From: Candidatus Delongbacteria bacterium
GTDB lineage: Bacteria; CAIWAD01
Length of the DNA: 64,000 nt
NCBI GenBank assembly: GCA_963663545.1
Contig: OY760505.1
Location: 864,001 to 928,000 of the forward strand
Reading direction: 5' to 3'
Shown in pieces: positions 19,621 through 31,501 of the stretch. Within the stretch, counting starts at the first letter, position 1. Every line of letters begins with the position of its first letter. Under the pieces are notes generated by a model. The model was not told the origin of the DNA. It did not search any database and worked only from the letters and a program-made list of their open reading frames with translations. The position numbers and the translations under genes are program-made.

Positions 19621-21957
19621 ATGAAAAAAAGATTTGTTGTCTCTTTGACCGCACTGCTGACACTCAGTGCTGTAGCACAAGCAAATACCGGAACACTAGC
19701 CGACTATCTCTACCTGACAAATGCAGAAGTATCACCCGAGGGTGAAACAGCTACCTTCCTGCCAGAGAGCTTTCAGGCAGGACACACGCATACAAACGGC
19801 CAATTCAGCGTAACTGCTGATGATCTGCCTAGGGCCGGAGGCCTTGTCAGCAGCCAGTCCACGGAGATCGCCAATCTGTCTCCGCAGCAATACCCGGAGG
19901 TCTTCCCGGGCGGTCTGGTACTGGGTGCCGAAGGAGTGAGCTTCGACATCTCCGGTTCCCTTCAGCGAATGCGCACCGCAGTCCAGCCGGAACACCATTT
20001 CTCAGGCTATGCAGTTCTGGAAGGGGAGACACTGGCCGTCAGCACCTATCTCAAGTTCAAAGATGGTGATTACTATGTGGCCCAATACCTGGCGAATTGT
20101 GTCACAGCAGAACTGGATGCCAATGGCAACCCGACCGGCATCTATGACACACTGTATGTGACACCTGGTGATGCGTACTGGAGCCTGAGGCCGCTTCCTT
20201 CCGTCCCGAATGAAGAGGTGATTGTTGTAGAGGGCGTTTGTCGCCTGGAAGGCCGGGTGATGGGCAGGGTAACTGTGCTTTCAGCCGACACACTGTTCAT
20301 CATGGATGATGTTTACACGGCGGATGCAAATGTTTGTGCCAATTACGGTACAGAAGACCTCTATGGCATAGTTCCCTGTGGTTCCAGCAACTGCATCGGC
20401 CTGGTGAGTGAGCGGGATGTCGTTATTGCCGCCACACCTGCCAACGGTGCCTGGAACGGCAACGGTGTTTCGGTCAACAGATGTACAGCCGTGATGGGCC
20501 CCGCCTATACCGGTGGACCTGCATGCGGCGACATTACAGATGTCACGAGTTTCTCCCAGCGAAACAAGGATGTCATTATCACTGCGGCCATCATCGCCCT
20601 GGGTTGCAGCTTCGAAGCAGAGTTCTGGCACACCTCGGCCACCGCATCCCCCTTGCCGGAGAGCGAAGGCAGCGGCCAGGGTACACAGAATCCGGCGATC
20701 TGCGGTTGTGAGGGCTTCTACGATTCGCACATCGCCTATTGGCCCTGCTACGGTGATGAATCCGTCCAGGACAATCGCGGGTGCATCTGGATGGATGGGT
20801 CGCTGATCCAGATGACAAAGGGATACACCTGGCGGCCTGCCGGTGGTCCCTGGGGCCCGTGTGACATCGGCTACTGGCACTTCTTCCTGCGCTACGACCG
20901 CAATCTTGGACACCGGGCGCCACCGATGTGGCCCGTCAGCGCTTCCACGTTGAACTACGAGCTGGTGCTTCCCGCCAACATTGCAGCGGTGGACACTCTC
21001 TCACCTTGGAAACTGCATACCTTCACCGGCAATGGGTCAGTTGGCGTAATACTGCAAACCGGTCTTCCAAACAACACACTGCCGGAGACATTCTCACTCT
21101 ACACGATTAACCACTACGGTGACTTTCATCTCATCAACGACAATTGTGTGATACAGCCGGCACCTTTCGAAATCACCCTACCGGATTCGAGCACCGCCGT
21201 CTACTTCCCCTTCCCCGGATCCGAATACTGGGAAGGCTGCTCACCCGGTTCAACCATCCACTTCGAATTGGGTCCCGGCGCGTGGAATGAAGACGGCTGC
21301 AACAGTCACTGGACTCTGCAGGCCGGGCCCGTGGCAGCAGAAGCGGAGACCCTGGGCGTTACTGAAGGTGTACAGCCCGTCTTCAGCGAGTTCGTTCAGC
21401 AGTGGAATTCCACTACAAGCCGCCTTCGTATCACAGAGCGCGCCGATCTTGTGCTACTGGCGCGATTGGTTGACGGCGAAGGAGAGATTCTGGCCGAGAG
21501 CGAGTTCAGCAACAATCTCTTCGAGCTGCCAGCGCTGGACGCTGCACTCTTCAGCGATGATGATGCCTACGAGATTCACGTGGAAGTCTACGCTCCCTGG
21601 TCTGATCAGACCTGGAGTTCCGCAGGCAGCATCAGCTGGTGGTACAACCCCGACACTGCTGTATCACCCAATGAACTGCCGCAGGAGCTCAGCCTGCGCG
21701 CCTTCCCCAATCCCTTCAATCCGCGTACTACAATTGAGTTGGCGCTGCCGGTGGCGGGCGAGGTGCGCGTGGAGCTTTTCGACCTTGCGGGCCGCAGCGT
21801 GCGCGTGATACGACGGGGCGAAATGGCTGCAGGTCTGTATCACATTCCTGTGGACGGACAGAACCTTGCCAGCGGTTTGTATCTGCTGCGCGTCGAGGCG
21901 CCGGATGCAGCCGGGCAGCGTCAGCAACAGGTGCAAAAGCTACTGCTGGTGAGGTAG
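19621..21957 (+). CDS. Secreted paralogue 3
   Basis: Same motifs and tail as paralogue 1. Confidence 0.8.
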   Translation: MKKRFVVSLTALLTLSAVAQANTGTLADYLYLTNAEVSPEGETATFLPESFQAGHTHTNGQFSVTADDLPRAGGLVSSQSTEIANLSPQQYPEVFPGGLVLGAEGVSFDISGSLQRMRTAVQPEHHFSGYAVLEGETLAVSTYLKFKDGDYYVAQYLANCVTAELDANGNPTGIYDTLYVTPGDAYWSLRPLPSVPNEEVIVVEGVCRLEGRVMGRVTVLSADTLFIMDDVYTADANVCANYGTEDLYGIVPCGSSNCIGLVSERDVVIAATPANGAWNGNGVSVNRCTAVMGPAYTGGPACGDITDVTSFSQRNKDVIITAAIIALGCSFEAEFWHTSATASPLPESEGSGQGTQNPAICGCEGFYDSHIAYWPCYGDESVQDNRGCIWMDGSLIQMTKGYTWRPAGGPWGPCDIGYWHFFLRYDRNLGHRAPPMWPVSASTLNYELVLPANIAAVDTLSPWKLHTFTGNGSVGVILQTGLPNNTLPETFSLYTINHYGDFHLINDNCVIQPAPFEITLPDSSTAVYFPFPGSEYWEGCSPGSTIHFELGPGAWNEDGCNSHWTLQAGPVAAEAETLGVTEGVQPVFSEFVQQWNSTTSRLRITERADLVLLARLVDGEGEILAESEFSNNLFELPALDAALFSDDDAYEIHVEVYAPWSDQTWSSAGSISWWYNPDTAVSPNELPQELSLRAFPNPFNPRTTIELALPVAGEVRVELFDLAGRSVRVIRRGEMAAGLYHIPVDGQNLASGLYLLRVEAPDAAGQRQQQVQKLLLVR

Positions 21958-22043
21958 GTCACTCCAGCACTCTGCTCGTACAGACTTGCTGGCCAATAGT
22001 GCATCCATTGCACTAAGCAGAAACTGTGTATTAAGTGGCTATA

Positions 22044-22604
22044 CTACTCGCCAAATGTATTCTTAAGCTTCTGATAGATCTCTCTTTGAACTGCTCTACT
22101 GCAGCGCCGGATACGAGCTAAAAGAGATTTTGCATCCTCAGACAAAGGCGTAGAGTTAGCTTTGCCTTGGTTGCATGCTGAGCATACTACTTGAAGGTTC
22201 TCACGCTTATTGCTTCCACCCTGTTCAATTGGGACTCTATGATCAATCACTAGCCGCACATTGCGTGAAGGATCCAACGGGTCTTTGTCGTCTTTCCCAT
22301 TGCCACAAATTTGACAGGTAAAGCCATTTCGCTCTAAAATCTCCGCTCTAAGAGAAGCCGAAACGTTTCGTGATACAGCAGGAAGTCGTTCTTTGGATAT
22401 AAGTATATACTCGCCAGGTTTAAGATCAGCCCGATCTTTGTGAGTATATATTTGGTACCCCATTTCGTTTCGTAATTCACGTACCCTACGTGCCCATTCG
22501 CTAACACCAGCGACTTCGCGGAGTTGTTCGGAATCGACCACCACACCAAGGTGTTCAAGGAAAAACTTCTCAAGTCTCCACTTCGCGCCTTGCTTGACTG
22601 ACAT
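22044..22604 (-). CDS. HNH restriction endonuclease, KpnI-like
   Basis: CQIC...DH...GG...NL..C..CN zinc/HNH; N-terminus FFLEHLGVVV...WARRVRELRNEMGYQI resembles KpnI family. Confidence 0.8.
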   Translation of the reverse strand: MSVKQGAKWRLEKFFLEHLGVVVDSEQLREVAGVSEWARRVRELRNEMGYQIYTHKDRADLKPGEYILISKERLPAVSRNVSASLRAEILERNGFTCQICGNGKDDKDPLDPSRNVRLVIDHRVPIEQGGSNKRENLQVVCSACNQGKANSTPLSEDAKSLLARIRRCSRAVQREIYQKLKNTFGE

Positions 22605-22635
22605 CCATCCTCCGTGTACTCACTATCTTGTGACA

Positions 22636-23808
22636 TCATCTCCGACAAGATTCTAGCAAAGCTGTAATGCAATCTGCTACGTGTGCGGCCAGAACTGGAG
22701 GCACTGCATTCCCAATCTGCTTGGCTATCTCAATCTTTGTCCCTTTGAATTCAAACCAATCGGGAAAAGACTGAAATCTCGCTGCCTCACGCATTGTAAT
22801 TGGTCTATGCTCACTTGGATGCAGATATCTACCCTTCTCTGGCTTGTAGAACTCGGTTCGGATTGTGACAGCTGGACGATCCCACCACAAACGACCAAAC
22901 AGGTCCGTTCCGCCACTCTTCTTTCGGATCCAGCAGCTAGGAGTCAAGTGTGGAGCCAGTTGCTGGAGATCAAACCGATTCATACCCTCATCAGGAATCG
23001 CCTGATACCGTGCCAGACTCTTCGCGGTTGGATTTCTACCAAAGTGAAGGTTAAGCGGTGCTGGCTCATCTCTGACTTCTGTCCCAACTGGCTTGAGTGG
23101 TAGATCACGAATCGCATCTCGCACAGTTCGCCACGTCTCTGGATGATCTACATACTGCGACTGAAACAAAGTACTACTGGTTTGGAAGCCGTTTCTTGCA
23201 TTGTAGAACCTACGCATGGGTGGGAAGAACTCGCGCGGGTCACCAACGCGGCTGCCCAAAATGAAAGCACGTGATCGTGTCTGTGGAACACCATAGTCTG
23301 CTGCACAGAGCTTCTCAGAATGTGTCACAAAGCCTATCTGTTCCGCATAACCGACAATTTCCCGATGCTCTTCGGAAGCAAGAATTTGGGGTACATTTTC
23401 TATCAGAAATACTCGAGCTCCAGATCGCTCCACGATTTCCATAAAGGGGCGCCATAGCGTCTTTCGCGGATCATTTTCACGATTCTTGTTTAGTAGCGAG
23501 AAGCCCTGACAGGGTGGTCCACCAATCACAACATCAGCTCTCGGGATCTCCACCCCAGAGGCAAGAATCTCGAGGATATCCCCAGCAACACAATGAGTAC
23601 CGAAATTGGCTGAATAAGTCTCGGCGGCTAACTCGCTACTATCATTAGCCCATACTGATTTAAAGTTGTGGCCAAGTCTTGGATCAAAGCCAAGAGTTAA
23701 TCCTCCTGCTCCAGCAAACAAATCAATAAGTGTATATGGTGTTTTTCGCCCTGTGGTTGGCTGACCTTGTAGCCGCCTTTGGGTAATCTCTTGAGAAGTA
23801 GTCTTCAT
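22636..23808 (-). CDS. DNA (cytosine-5) methyltransferase
   Basis: DLFAGAGG (I), GGPPCQGFS (IV), ENV (VI), YGVPQTRSR (VIII), REAARFQSFPD, QIGNAVPP (X). Confidence 0.96.
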   Translation of the reverse strand: MKTTSQEITQRRLQGQPTTGRKTPYTLIDLFAGAGGLTLGFDPRLGHNFKSVWANDSSELAAETYSANFGTHCVAGDILEILASGVEIPRADVVIGGPPCQGFSLLNKNRENDPRKTLWRPFMEIVERSGARVFLIENVPQILASEEHREIVGYAEQIGFVTHSEKLCAADYGVPQTRSRAFILGSRVGDPREFFPPMRRFYNARNGFQTSSTLFQSQYVDHPETWRTVRDAIRDLPLKPVGTEVRDEPAPLNLHFGRNPTAKSLARYQAIPDEGMNRFDLQQLAPHLTPSCWIRKKSGGTDLFGRLWWDRPAVTIRTEFYKPEKGRYLHPSEHRPITMREAARFQSFPDWFEFKGTKIEIAKQIGNAVPPVLAAHVADCITALLESCRR

Positions 23809-24776
23809 TGCTCCGCTCATACTTTGACGAAATAATAGCGTGCCCCTGAGACATCCTAGGAAAGCTGACATACCGTCGGATAATTCAAGCGCCTATGAGA
23901 TTGGAGTCCCAGCCAAGCGGAACAGCCGGATGGTCAGTTTAACAAATCGGGATCAATCTCTTCCGAAGACTACTGCTGGATCTCGTGTCCTAGCTAGGCG
24001 TCCAGTCACACGCAAACAAGCTGGTGTGTCACACGGGGAATCAGTCGCTCCTTTGGCTGATTTCGCTACTAGTAGTATTCGCAACCTTCGTATGACAACC
24101 GATTGAAGACCTCGCGTACACGCGCCTTCCTTTGGTGGGAAATTGTGGAATGGGTGGCTTCTTTCATGCTCTTCCAGAAGTGTTGGTGCAAGCTGGGGAC
24201 CTCGCTCTTTGATGTTTCACAGTGTGCTCACCTAGTCTGACCCAGGATATAGGGGTGCTCATCATTTCTGGCCGAGTTACTCACGTTATTGTGCTTGTGA
24301 TCCGCCCCAACACCTGCGCCTCAAGGCCATTCGCCAAAGGCGGAACACACATAGACAGAAGGCTCGCAATCTCATCCATGGCGATGTTGCAGTCCTTGGG
24401 GGCGAGACTTCGTCTCAACCACTTTACGCACGACGTTGTCGAGGGACAAGTAGTCGGGATGGATTTCTTCGGTATCGAAATTGGCAAGTCACTTCGATTC
24501 ACTTTCATCATTGGTCAAGAATCACTTCCGCCCATCTCCCAAACAATCGCCCCCGAAAATCATCATCTGGCTTCGGGGGTTCTCTTTCCCTTCGCGCCCA
24601 TCGCCCGCTAAATCTAACACCGCTCTTCTTCAGTGCCTCTGTATTCTATAGCACCATCAACGACTTACAAGCGCTTCTGTTGACTCCCACGGCCTGGTCC
24701 AACTTGCGAATTCAGTCATTTTGTTCTATCCTATCAATCATTCCTGTTGAAATCATTTCGAAGCAAAGAATCCAAA

Positions 24777-25334
24777 ATGCCCACCCAAAAATCCATGAAT
24801 GAGCCGGCACCGCTCGCGGACGAGGTTTTCTTTGAGACCTGCGGCATTCGCGTACTCACCGCGCTACGGCGCATCATTCGCGCTGTGGACCTGCACTCGC
24901 GCAAGCTAAACGGCGATTACCAGATCACGGCACCGCAGATGATCTGCCTCTACAGCCTGGCGCGTCACGGCGAGATGACCCAAATCGCGTTGGCCAAGCA
25001 GGTCAGCCTGAGCGCCAGCACGGTCAACGGCATCATCGACCGGCTGGAAAAACGCGCCTACGTCCAGCGCAGACGTTGCGACCAGGATCGTCGCCGCGTT
25101 TACGTCAGCATTAGTGAAAGCGGCCGCGAGTTGACTCAGTCTGCGCCCGCGCTGCTGCAGGACAAACTGGCCGCCGCACTGCGCCGTCTGCCGGAGCTGG
25201 AGCAATTCGCCATTGCCACCTCCCTGGAACGCGTGGTGGAGCTGATGAGCGCGTCCGAACTGGACGCCTCGCCCAACCTGCTGCCGAACGCCGCCATTGA
25301 AGAAGCTGGCGCGGCAAACCAAAAGGAACTGTAA
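24777..25334 (+). CDS. MarR-family regulator, EctR-like
   Basis: [45 protein letters not shown]. Confidence 0.9.
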   Translation: MPTQKSMNEPAPLADEVFFETCGIRVLTALRRIIRAVDLHSRKLNGDYQITAPQMICLYSLARHGEMTQIALAKQVSLSASTVNGIIDRLEKRAYVQRRRCDQDRRRVYVSISESGRELTQSAPALLQDKLAAALRRLPELEQFAIATSLERVVELMSASELDASPNLLPNAAIEEAGAANQKEL

Positions 25335-25335
25335 C

Positions 25336-26640
25336 ATGACCCTGTCTCCCCGTCAGGAGCGGATTTACCAAGAGCTGGAGCATTCCGAGAACCACAGCAA
25401 ATGGCGCGACTGGAAATGGCAGCTGCGCAATGAAATCCGTGACCTGGATACCGCAGAGCGTCTATTGGGTGTGACCTTCGATCCTGAGTTGCGCGAGCAA
25501 TTCTCACGCACCATCGAAGCCTTCCCCTTTGCGGTGACGCCCTACTACCTGTCGCTGATCAATACCGACGACTACCTGAATGACCCGGTCTTTCGCCAGT
25601 CCTTCCCTTCGCCGAAAGAGCTGGTGGTGGAGCCTACGGACATGGCGGACCCGCTGCACGAGGATCGCGACAGCCCGGTGCCCGGCCTGACCCACCGCTA
25701 CCCTGACCGCGTGCTGCTGCTGGTAAGCAACATGTGTTCGATGTACTGTCGCCATTGCACGCGCAAGCGCCAAGTGGGCGACAAGGATTCGATTCCGGGC
25801 AAGGAGCAGATTCTGCAGGGCATCGAGTACATCCGTAACACGCCGCAGATTCGCGATGTGCTGCTCTCGGGTGGTGATCCGCTGATGCTCAGCGACAATC
25901 AGATCGACTGGATTCTGACGGAACTGCGCACGATTCCGCACGTCGAAGTGATACGTATCGGTTCCCGCATGCCGGTGGTGCTGCCCTATCGTATCACGGA
26001 CGAATTGGTGCAGGTGCTACGCAAGCATCAGCCCGTGTGGTTCAACACGCACTTCAATCATCCGCGCGAACTGACGCAATCTTCGCGCAAGGCGCTGGCC
26101 AAGCTGGCCGACGGCGGCATTCCCTTGGGCAACCAGTCGGTGCTGCTGGCGGGCGTCAACGACTGCCCGCGCATCATGCGCTCGCTGGTGCAAAAGTTGG
26201 TCTACAACCGCGTGCGCCCCTATTACCTCTATCAGTGCGACCAGTCGCGCGGCCTCTCGCACTTCCGCACGCCGGTGGGCAAGGGCATTGAGATCCTGGA
26301 GAGCCTGATCGGCCACACCAGCGGCTTCTGCGTGCCCACCTACGTCATCGACGCGCCGGGCGGCGGCGGTAAAATTCCCGTGATGCCCAACTACCTGATC
26401 TCCTGGTCCACCAACAAAGTTGTGTTACGCAACTACGAAGGCGTCATTTGCACCTACAAGGAGCCCGACTCCTACGAGCCCACCTTCTGTGACCGCCACT
26501 GTGATCGCTGCGAGCTGCAGCTGGGCCTCGAGGACGCCGACGAGCAGAAATCCCTGGGCATCGAAAAGCTGCTGGCCGACTACGACAAGACCATCTCACT
26601 AGTACCGCAGGACAACGAACGCTACAGCCGCAGGGAGTAA
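25336..26640 (+). CDS. ablA: Lysine 2,3-aminomutase (radical SAM, PLP)
   Basis: [30 protein letters not shown] (PLP lysine); linked to ablB. Confidence 0.93.
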   Translation: MTLSPRQERIYQELEHSENHSKWRDWKWQLRNEIRDLDTAERLLGVTFDPELREQFSRTIEAFPFAVTPYYLSLINTDDYLNDPVFRQSFPSPKELVVEPTDMADPLHEDRDSPVPGLTHRYPDRVLLLVSNMCSMYCRHCTRKRQVGDKDSIPGKEQILQGIEYIRNTPQIRDVLLSGGDPLMLSDNQIDWILTELRTIPHVEVIRIGSRMPVVLPYRITDELVQVLRKHQPVWFNTHFNHPRELTQSSRKALAKLADGGIPLGNQSVLLAGVNDCPRIMRSLVQKLVYNRVRPYYLYQCDQSRGLSHFRTPVGKGIEILESLIGHTSGFCVPTYVIDAPGGGGKIPVMPNYLISWSTNKVVLRNYEGVICTYKEPDSYEPTFCDRHCDRCELQLGLEDADEQKSLGIEKLLADYDKTISLVPQDNERYSRRE

Positions 26641-26643
26641 CAC

Positions 26644-28092
26644 GTGCACCCCGTCGACTATTTGATCTTTGGCTTCTACATGGTGGTGGTCCTTGGCGTC
26701 GGCTTCTATTTCTACCGGCGTAACACGGACAGCAAGGACTATTTCATCGGCGGCGGGCGCATGAGTGCCGGCCACGTGGGGCTTTCCATCGTGGCGACCG
26801 ATGTGGGCGGCGGCTTCTCCATCGGCCTGGGAGGTGTAGGTTTCACCATGGGGCTGGCAGGAAGCTGGCTGCTCTTCACCGGCCTGGTGGGCGCCTGGCT
26901 TTCTGCCGTGCTTGTGATACCGCGCATCAAAAAGCTGGAACGCGGCCGCACGTTGCTCAGTTACCCGGATTTACTGCGCCTGCGCTACAAACCCTACGTG
27001 GCACTAGCTGCAGCGCTGGTCTCCGGCATCGGCTACTTGGGATTTACTGCGGCCCAGTTGCTGGCGGGTGCCAAGCTCGCTGCGGGCACGCTTCTGCCCG
27101 ATGCACAGATTGCGGGTCTCAGTCCGCACGTGCTGGCCTTGCTGATCATTGGCGTGGTCACCATTCTCTACACGGTCTTCGGCGGCCTGAAAGCGGTGAT
27201 CTATACCGACACGGTGCAGTGGATCGTGCTGCTGGCGGGATTGATCTTCGTCACCGCACCGGTGGCCCTGTACGAGATCGGCGGGTTCGCAGCGCTGAAA
27301 GCGGCGCTTCCGCCCTCGCACTTCTCACTGACGAACATCGACGCATTGATCTTCATCAACTGGATGCTGACCATTGTTCCCATCTGGCTGGTAGGCATGA
27401 CGCTCTATCAGCGCGCTTTTGCCTGTGCCGATGTGAAGACGGCCAAGCGCGCCTGGTACATCGCCGGCATTTTCGAGTACCCGATCATGGCGTTCACGGG
27501 TGTGTTTCTGGGCATGTGCGCGCGCGTGCTGATGCCGGGCGCAGAAGCCGAAGCGGCGCTGCCGCAGATGATTCACGATGTATTACCGCTGGGAGTGGCG
27601 GGCATTGTGATTGCCGCCTATTTCTCCGCGATCATGTCGACGGCGGACAGCTGCTTGATGGCGGCATCCGGCAATGTGACAGGAGACTTGCTGCGCAGAT
27701 TGCTGCCCGGGTTCGTGACACAAAAACGCGAGATCAAGGTGTCGATGCTGATTACGCTGCTGCTGGGTGTGCTGGCCGTGGCACTGGCCGCGCGCTTCAC
27801 CACGGTGCTGGACGCCATTCTCTACGCCTACGCCTTTATGGTCTCCGGTCTTGTAGCACCAACGCTGGGCGCACTCTTCTGGAAGCGAGCCAGCTCGACG
27901 GGAGCGCTGATCTCCATGATCGGCGGCGGTGGACTCACCCTCTGTCTGCTGTTGAAGCTGTTTCCACTGCCCGAGGCCCTACGTATCACGGGCCTGGATT
28001 CAGCCGCGTACGGACTTGGTCTGAGCGCAGTTCTCATGGTGGCGGTCTCGCTGCTGTGGCCTGACGCAAGGAAGGAGGAGCAGCATGGATAG
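26644..28092 (+). CDS. Sodium:solute symporter (SSS family)
   Basis: [36 protein letters not shown]; many TM segments. Confidence 0.92.
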   Translation: MHPVDYLIFGFYMVVVLGVGFYFYRRNTDSKDYFIGGGRMSAGHVGLSIVATDVGGGFSIGLGGVGFTMGLAGSWLLFTGLVGAWLSAVLVIPRIKKLERGRTLLSYPDLLRLRYKPYVALAAALVSGIGYLGFTAAQLLAGAKLAAGTLLPDAQIAGLSPHVLALLIIGVVTILYTVFGGLKAVIYTDTVQWIVLLAGLIFVTAPVALYEIGGFAALKAALPPSHFSLTNIDALIFINWMLTIVPIWLVGMTLYQRAFACADVKTAKRAWYIAGIFEYPIMAFTGVFLGMCARVLMPGAEAEAALPQMIHDVLPLGVAGIVIAAYFSAIMSTADSCLMAASGNVTGDLLRRLLPGFVTQKREIKVSMLITLLLGVLAVALAARFTTVLDAILYAYAFMVSGLVAPTLGALFWKRASSTGALISMIGGGGLTLCLLLKLFPLPEALRITGLDSAAYGLGLSAVLMVAVSLLWPDARKEEQHG

Positions 28093-28945
28093 CATTACGA
28101 CGTATCACGGTGCTACAATTCAGCACGGCGAGCACAGCCAGCGCATTTACCTGATGAAACTGGGTAAAGCCGACATCCACACCCTACCCGGCGACCTGCT
28201 GCAACTCGCCCGGGATAAGGGCTACAGCAAAATCTTCTGCAAACTGCCCGCAGGTCAGGCCATGCAAATGCTGTCGGCGGGTTATAAGCGCGAAGCGCTG
28301 ATTCCCGGCTACTATCGCGGCGAAGAGGACGCCTGGCTGCTGGGGCTTTTTCTCGACGAAAAGCGCGCGCAGGAATCCCACCCGGTGGAGGTCGAGGCCT
28401 CTCTGGAACTGGCCCAGCAGCGCGCGCTGAATCTTGCGCTCGGCAAGGCAGAGTTGAAGCGGGCGATGATCGCTCCGCTGGCAGCGGACATAAGGCTGAC
28501 CGCATGTACTCCAGAGGTGTGCGTTGAGATGGCCGCAGTCTACAAAGAGGTCTTTGCCAGCTACCCCTTCCCCATACACGATCCGGCCTATCTGCGTGAT
28601 ACAATGGCCAGCCACATCTTCTACATGGGCGTGAGACACGAAGACAGGCTGATCGCGTTGGCCTCTGCCGAGATGGACTTGGACGCCCGTGCGGTTGAGA
28701 TGACCGACTTCGCCACGTTACCCGACTGGCGCGGCAGCAGCCTGGCACGGCATCTTTTGCATGCGCTGGAGGCTGCCATGCCGGAGCGCGGCATAAAGAC
28801 CGCCTACACCATCGCCCGCGCTGTGTCACCGGGCATGAACATCACCTTCGCCCAGGAAGGCTACAGCTACACGGGTCGCCTGGTGAGTAACACGCAAATC
28901 AGCGGTGGTATTGAAAGCATGAATGTGTGGGTGAAGCGACTCTGA
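28085..28945 (+). CDS. ablB: Beta-lysine N6-acetyltransferase
   Basis: [52 protein letters not shown]. Confidence 0.9.
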   Translation: MDSITTYHGATIQHGEHSQRIYLMKLGKADIHTLPGDLLQLARDKGYSKIFCKLPAGQAMQMLSAGYKREALIPGYYRGEEDAWLLGLFLDEKRAQESHPVEVEASLELAQQRALNLALGKAELKRAMIAPLAADIRLTACTPEVCVEMAAVYKEVFASYPFPIHDPAYLRDTMASHIFYMGVRHEDRLIALASAEMDLDARAVEMTDFATLPDWRGSSLARHLLHALEAAMPERGIKTAYTIARAVSPGMNITFAQEGYSYTGRLVSNTQISGGIESMNVWVKRL

Positions 28946-29102
28946 GGCTTAGGGCAACAGCGACCTTAACGAAGCCAGACTTCAGGATCCCCTGACAACC
29001 AAACACGTGTTAGTCGTGTGTCTACGGATGTACCGTAACAGAACCGACCTCAGAACCTTGTTCTGCGAGCTTGCAAGTCAGCTTGTCCTCACTTGAGCTG
29101 GT

Positions 29103-29297
29103 CTAGAATTGTCGATGAATGCGCGTACTGCGATAAGGTTCGGTGTGCAGCGCGTCCGAACCGCAGTAAAGGCAGCGAAAGTGGCGCCCTGAAATTACGC
29201 GACCACAGTCCTCGCAGCGCTGGACGTCCGTCGGGTGCATTTTGCTGTCCAGGGCACCGTCACGCAAGTGAAAGCCCAAGTCCAGAAATCTGCGCAC
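29103..29297 (-). pseudogene. C-terminal remnant of a small zinc-ribbon protein
   Basis: LRDGALDSK...CEDCGR...RH..CLYCG; upstream frame closed, no clear RBS. Confidence 0.4.
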
Positions 29298-29407
29298 CCG
29301 GCACCTCGACGAAGTCTCGCGTTCTGCGTCTGCCGCAGATCATCACCACTGATCCGTGAGCAATCGTCTAGAATCCACCAAAGTTAGCTGCGCTTAGAAG
29401 TCAGTGG

Positions 29408-30361
<954 letters not shown>

Positions 30362-30373
30362 AATGGAATCCTT

Positions 30374-31267
30374 TCAGGCTATGGGCGCGATGTAGTAGCG
30401 CGGGGAGATACCCTCGATTTCGTGGTGATAATAGAAGCAGACCGGGTCTGCCGCTTGTACGCTTTCGATCATTTTCGGCAGTTCTTCGCGCGTAATGATG
30501 GTGCGCACCATGCAAAATGTATCACCGCTGCGGCCACCCCGCCCCTCGTGTACAGTGTAGGTACGATGGTTATGGCTGCCGGTGATGGCCGCCCCCACCG
30601 CATCGCGCTGGCTGGTAATGATGGTCAGAAGGGTCAGCTTGAATTTGTGATACAAGGTATTGAGGGTTTCCGCAGAGACAAAAATGTAGATACAGGTGTA
30701 CATAAGGGTGTTGATCACCGACTCAAATCCGCCCGCCTTCAAGTACACCAACAGCAGACCGAAGGCCGTCGACACCACCGCTGCTACCACCGCAATGCTA
30801 CCCACAGGCTTCATATACTTCATTGCGAAGTAGGCGGCCAACACATCCTCATCTCCCGTCGAGCCACGCCGTTTGAAGGCAATTGCCTTGGCTGCACCCG
30901 TCAACAGACCGCCGAAGATCACCAGCAGCATGCGTTCATGCTGTGGTTCCGGCGAGGCGAAACTAAGTTCGGGCAGGTAGAGCAGCAGAACCACAACGGT
31001 CACCACCACCAGCAGCGAGTGCAGGGCAAAGGAAGTGCTGACCTTGAAAATGGCGAAGCCTAGCAGCAAGAGATGAAAACAGAGGTAGAGCAGCAGAAAG
31101 AGCCGGTAACTCGAGAAGTAGTACGAAAGCGCCGTAGCAATGCCCTCGCTACCTGTCAGGATCACCTTGGCCGGCAGCACGAAGTACTTCAGCGCCAGCG
31201 CGTAGAGCAGGCCGGCGAAGAGCAGCAGCACAAAATCGAGCAGACGGCGACCAATGATAGATAGCAT
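30374..31267 (-). CDS. YitT-family membrane protein
   Basis: TM N-terminal region, GSTGDEDV, C-terminal soluble domain G.GGRSG...ITREEL...DP..F. Confidence 0.8.
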   Translation of the reverse strand: MLSIIGRRLLDFVLLLFAGLLYALALKYFVLPAKVILTGSEGIATALSYYFSSYRLFLLLYLCFHLLLLGFAIFKVSTSFALHSLLVVVTVVVLLLYLPELSFASPEPQHERMLLVIFGGLLTGAAKAIAFKRRGSTGDEDVLAAYFAMKYMKPVGSIAVVAAVVSTAFGLLLVYLKAGGFESVINTLMYTCIYIFVSAETLNTLYHKFKLTLLTIITSQRDAVGAAITGSHNHRTYTVHEGRGGRSGDTFCMVRTIITREELPKMIESVQAADPVCFYYHHEIEGISPRYYIAPIA

Positions 31268-31501
31268 GATGTTCTCCTGGAAGAACAGGGTACGCTCCGA
31301 GCACAGAAGCGACGGATCCGAGCGACATAGCAGCAGTGCGTATGGTCGGCATGCAGTATGGCAAATCTCCGTCGTCCAAGGATTGGAAGGACTGCTATCC
31401 TCTACTCACAGAACTCCATCGGCAATAGCGCTTGCAATTCTTGTCACAGGATATTCCCTTTGCTTCAACTCGGAACTTGAACCAGCCACGGGAAAAACTT
31501 C

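Noticed and set aside
16315..21957. Diversity-generating retroelement TR/VR pair
   Set aside because: Differences are not adenine-specific, all copies are coding, and no reverse transcriptase is in the window.
22636..23808. This methyltransferase as the cause of the GTATCAC enrichment
   Set aside because: Its specificity cannot be read from sequence, it looks recently acquired, and restriction sites are usually depleted.
23880..24620. Small ORFs between the methyltransferase and marR
   Set aside because: No motifs or convincing RBS; treated as degenerate intergenic DNA.
14444..24700. tRNA-integrated island with att sites
   Set aside because: The accessory genes lie on the tRNA 5' side; no duplicated tRNA 3' end or integrase was seen.
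24745..24775. MarR operator upstream of marR
   Set aside because: Only a weak pseudo-palindrome; not supportable.
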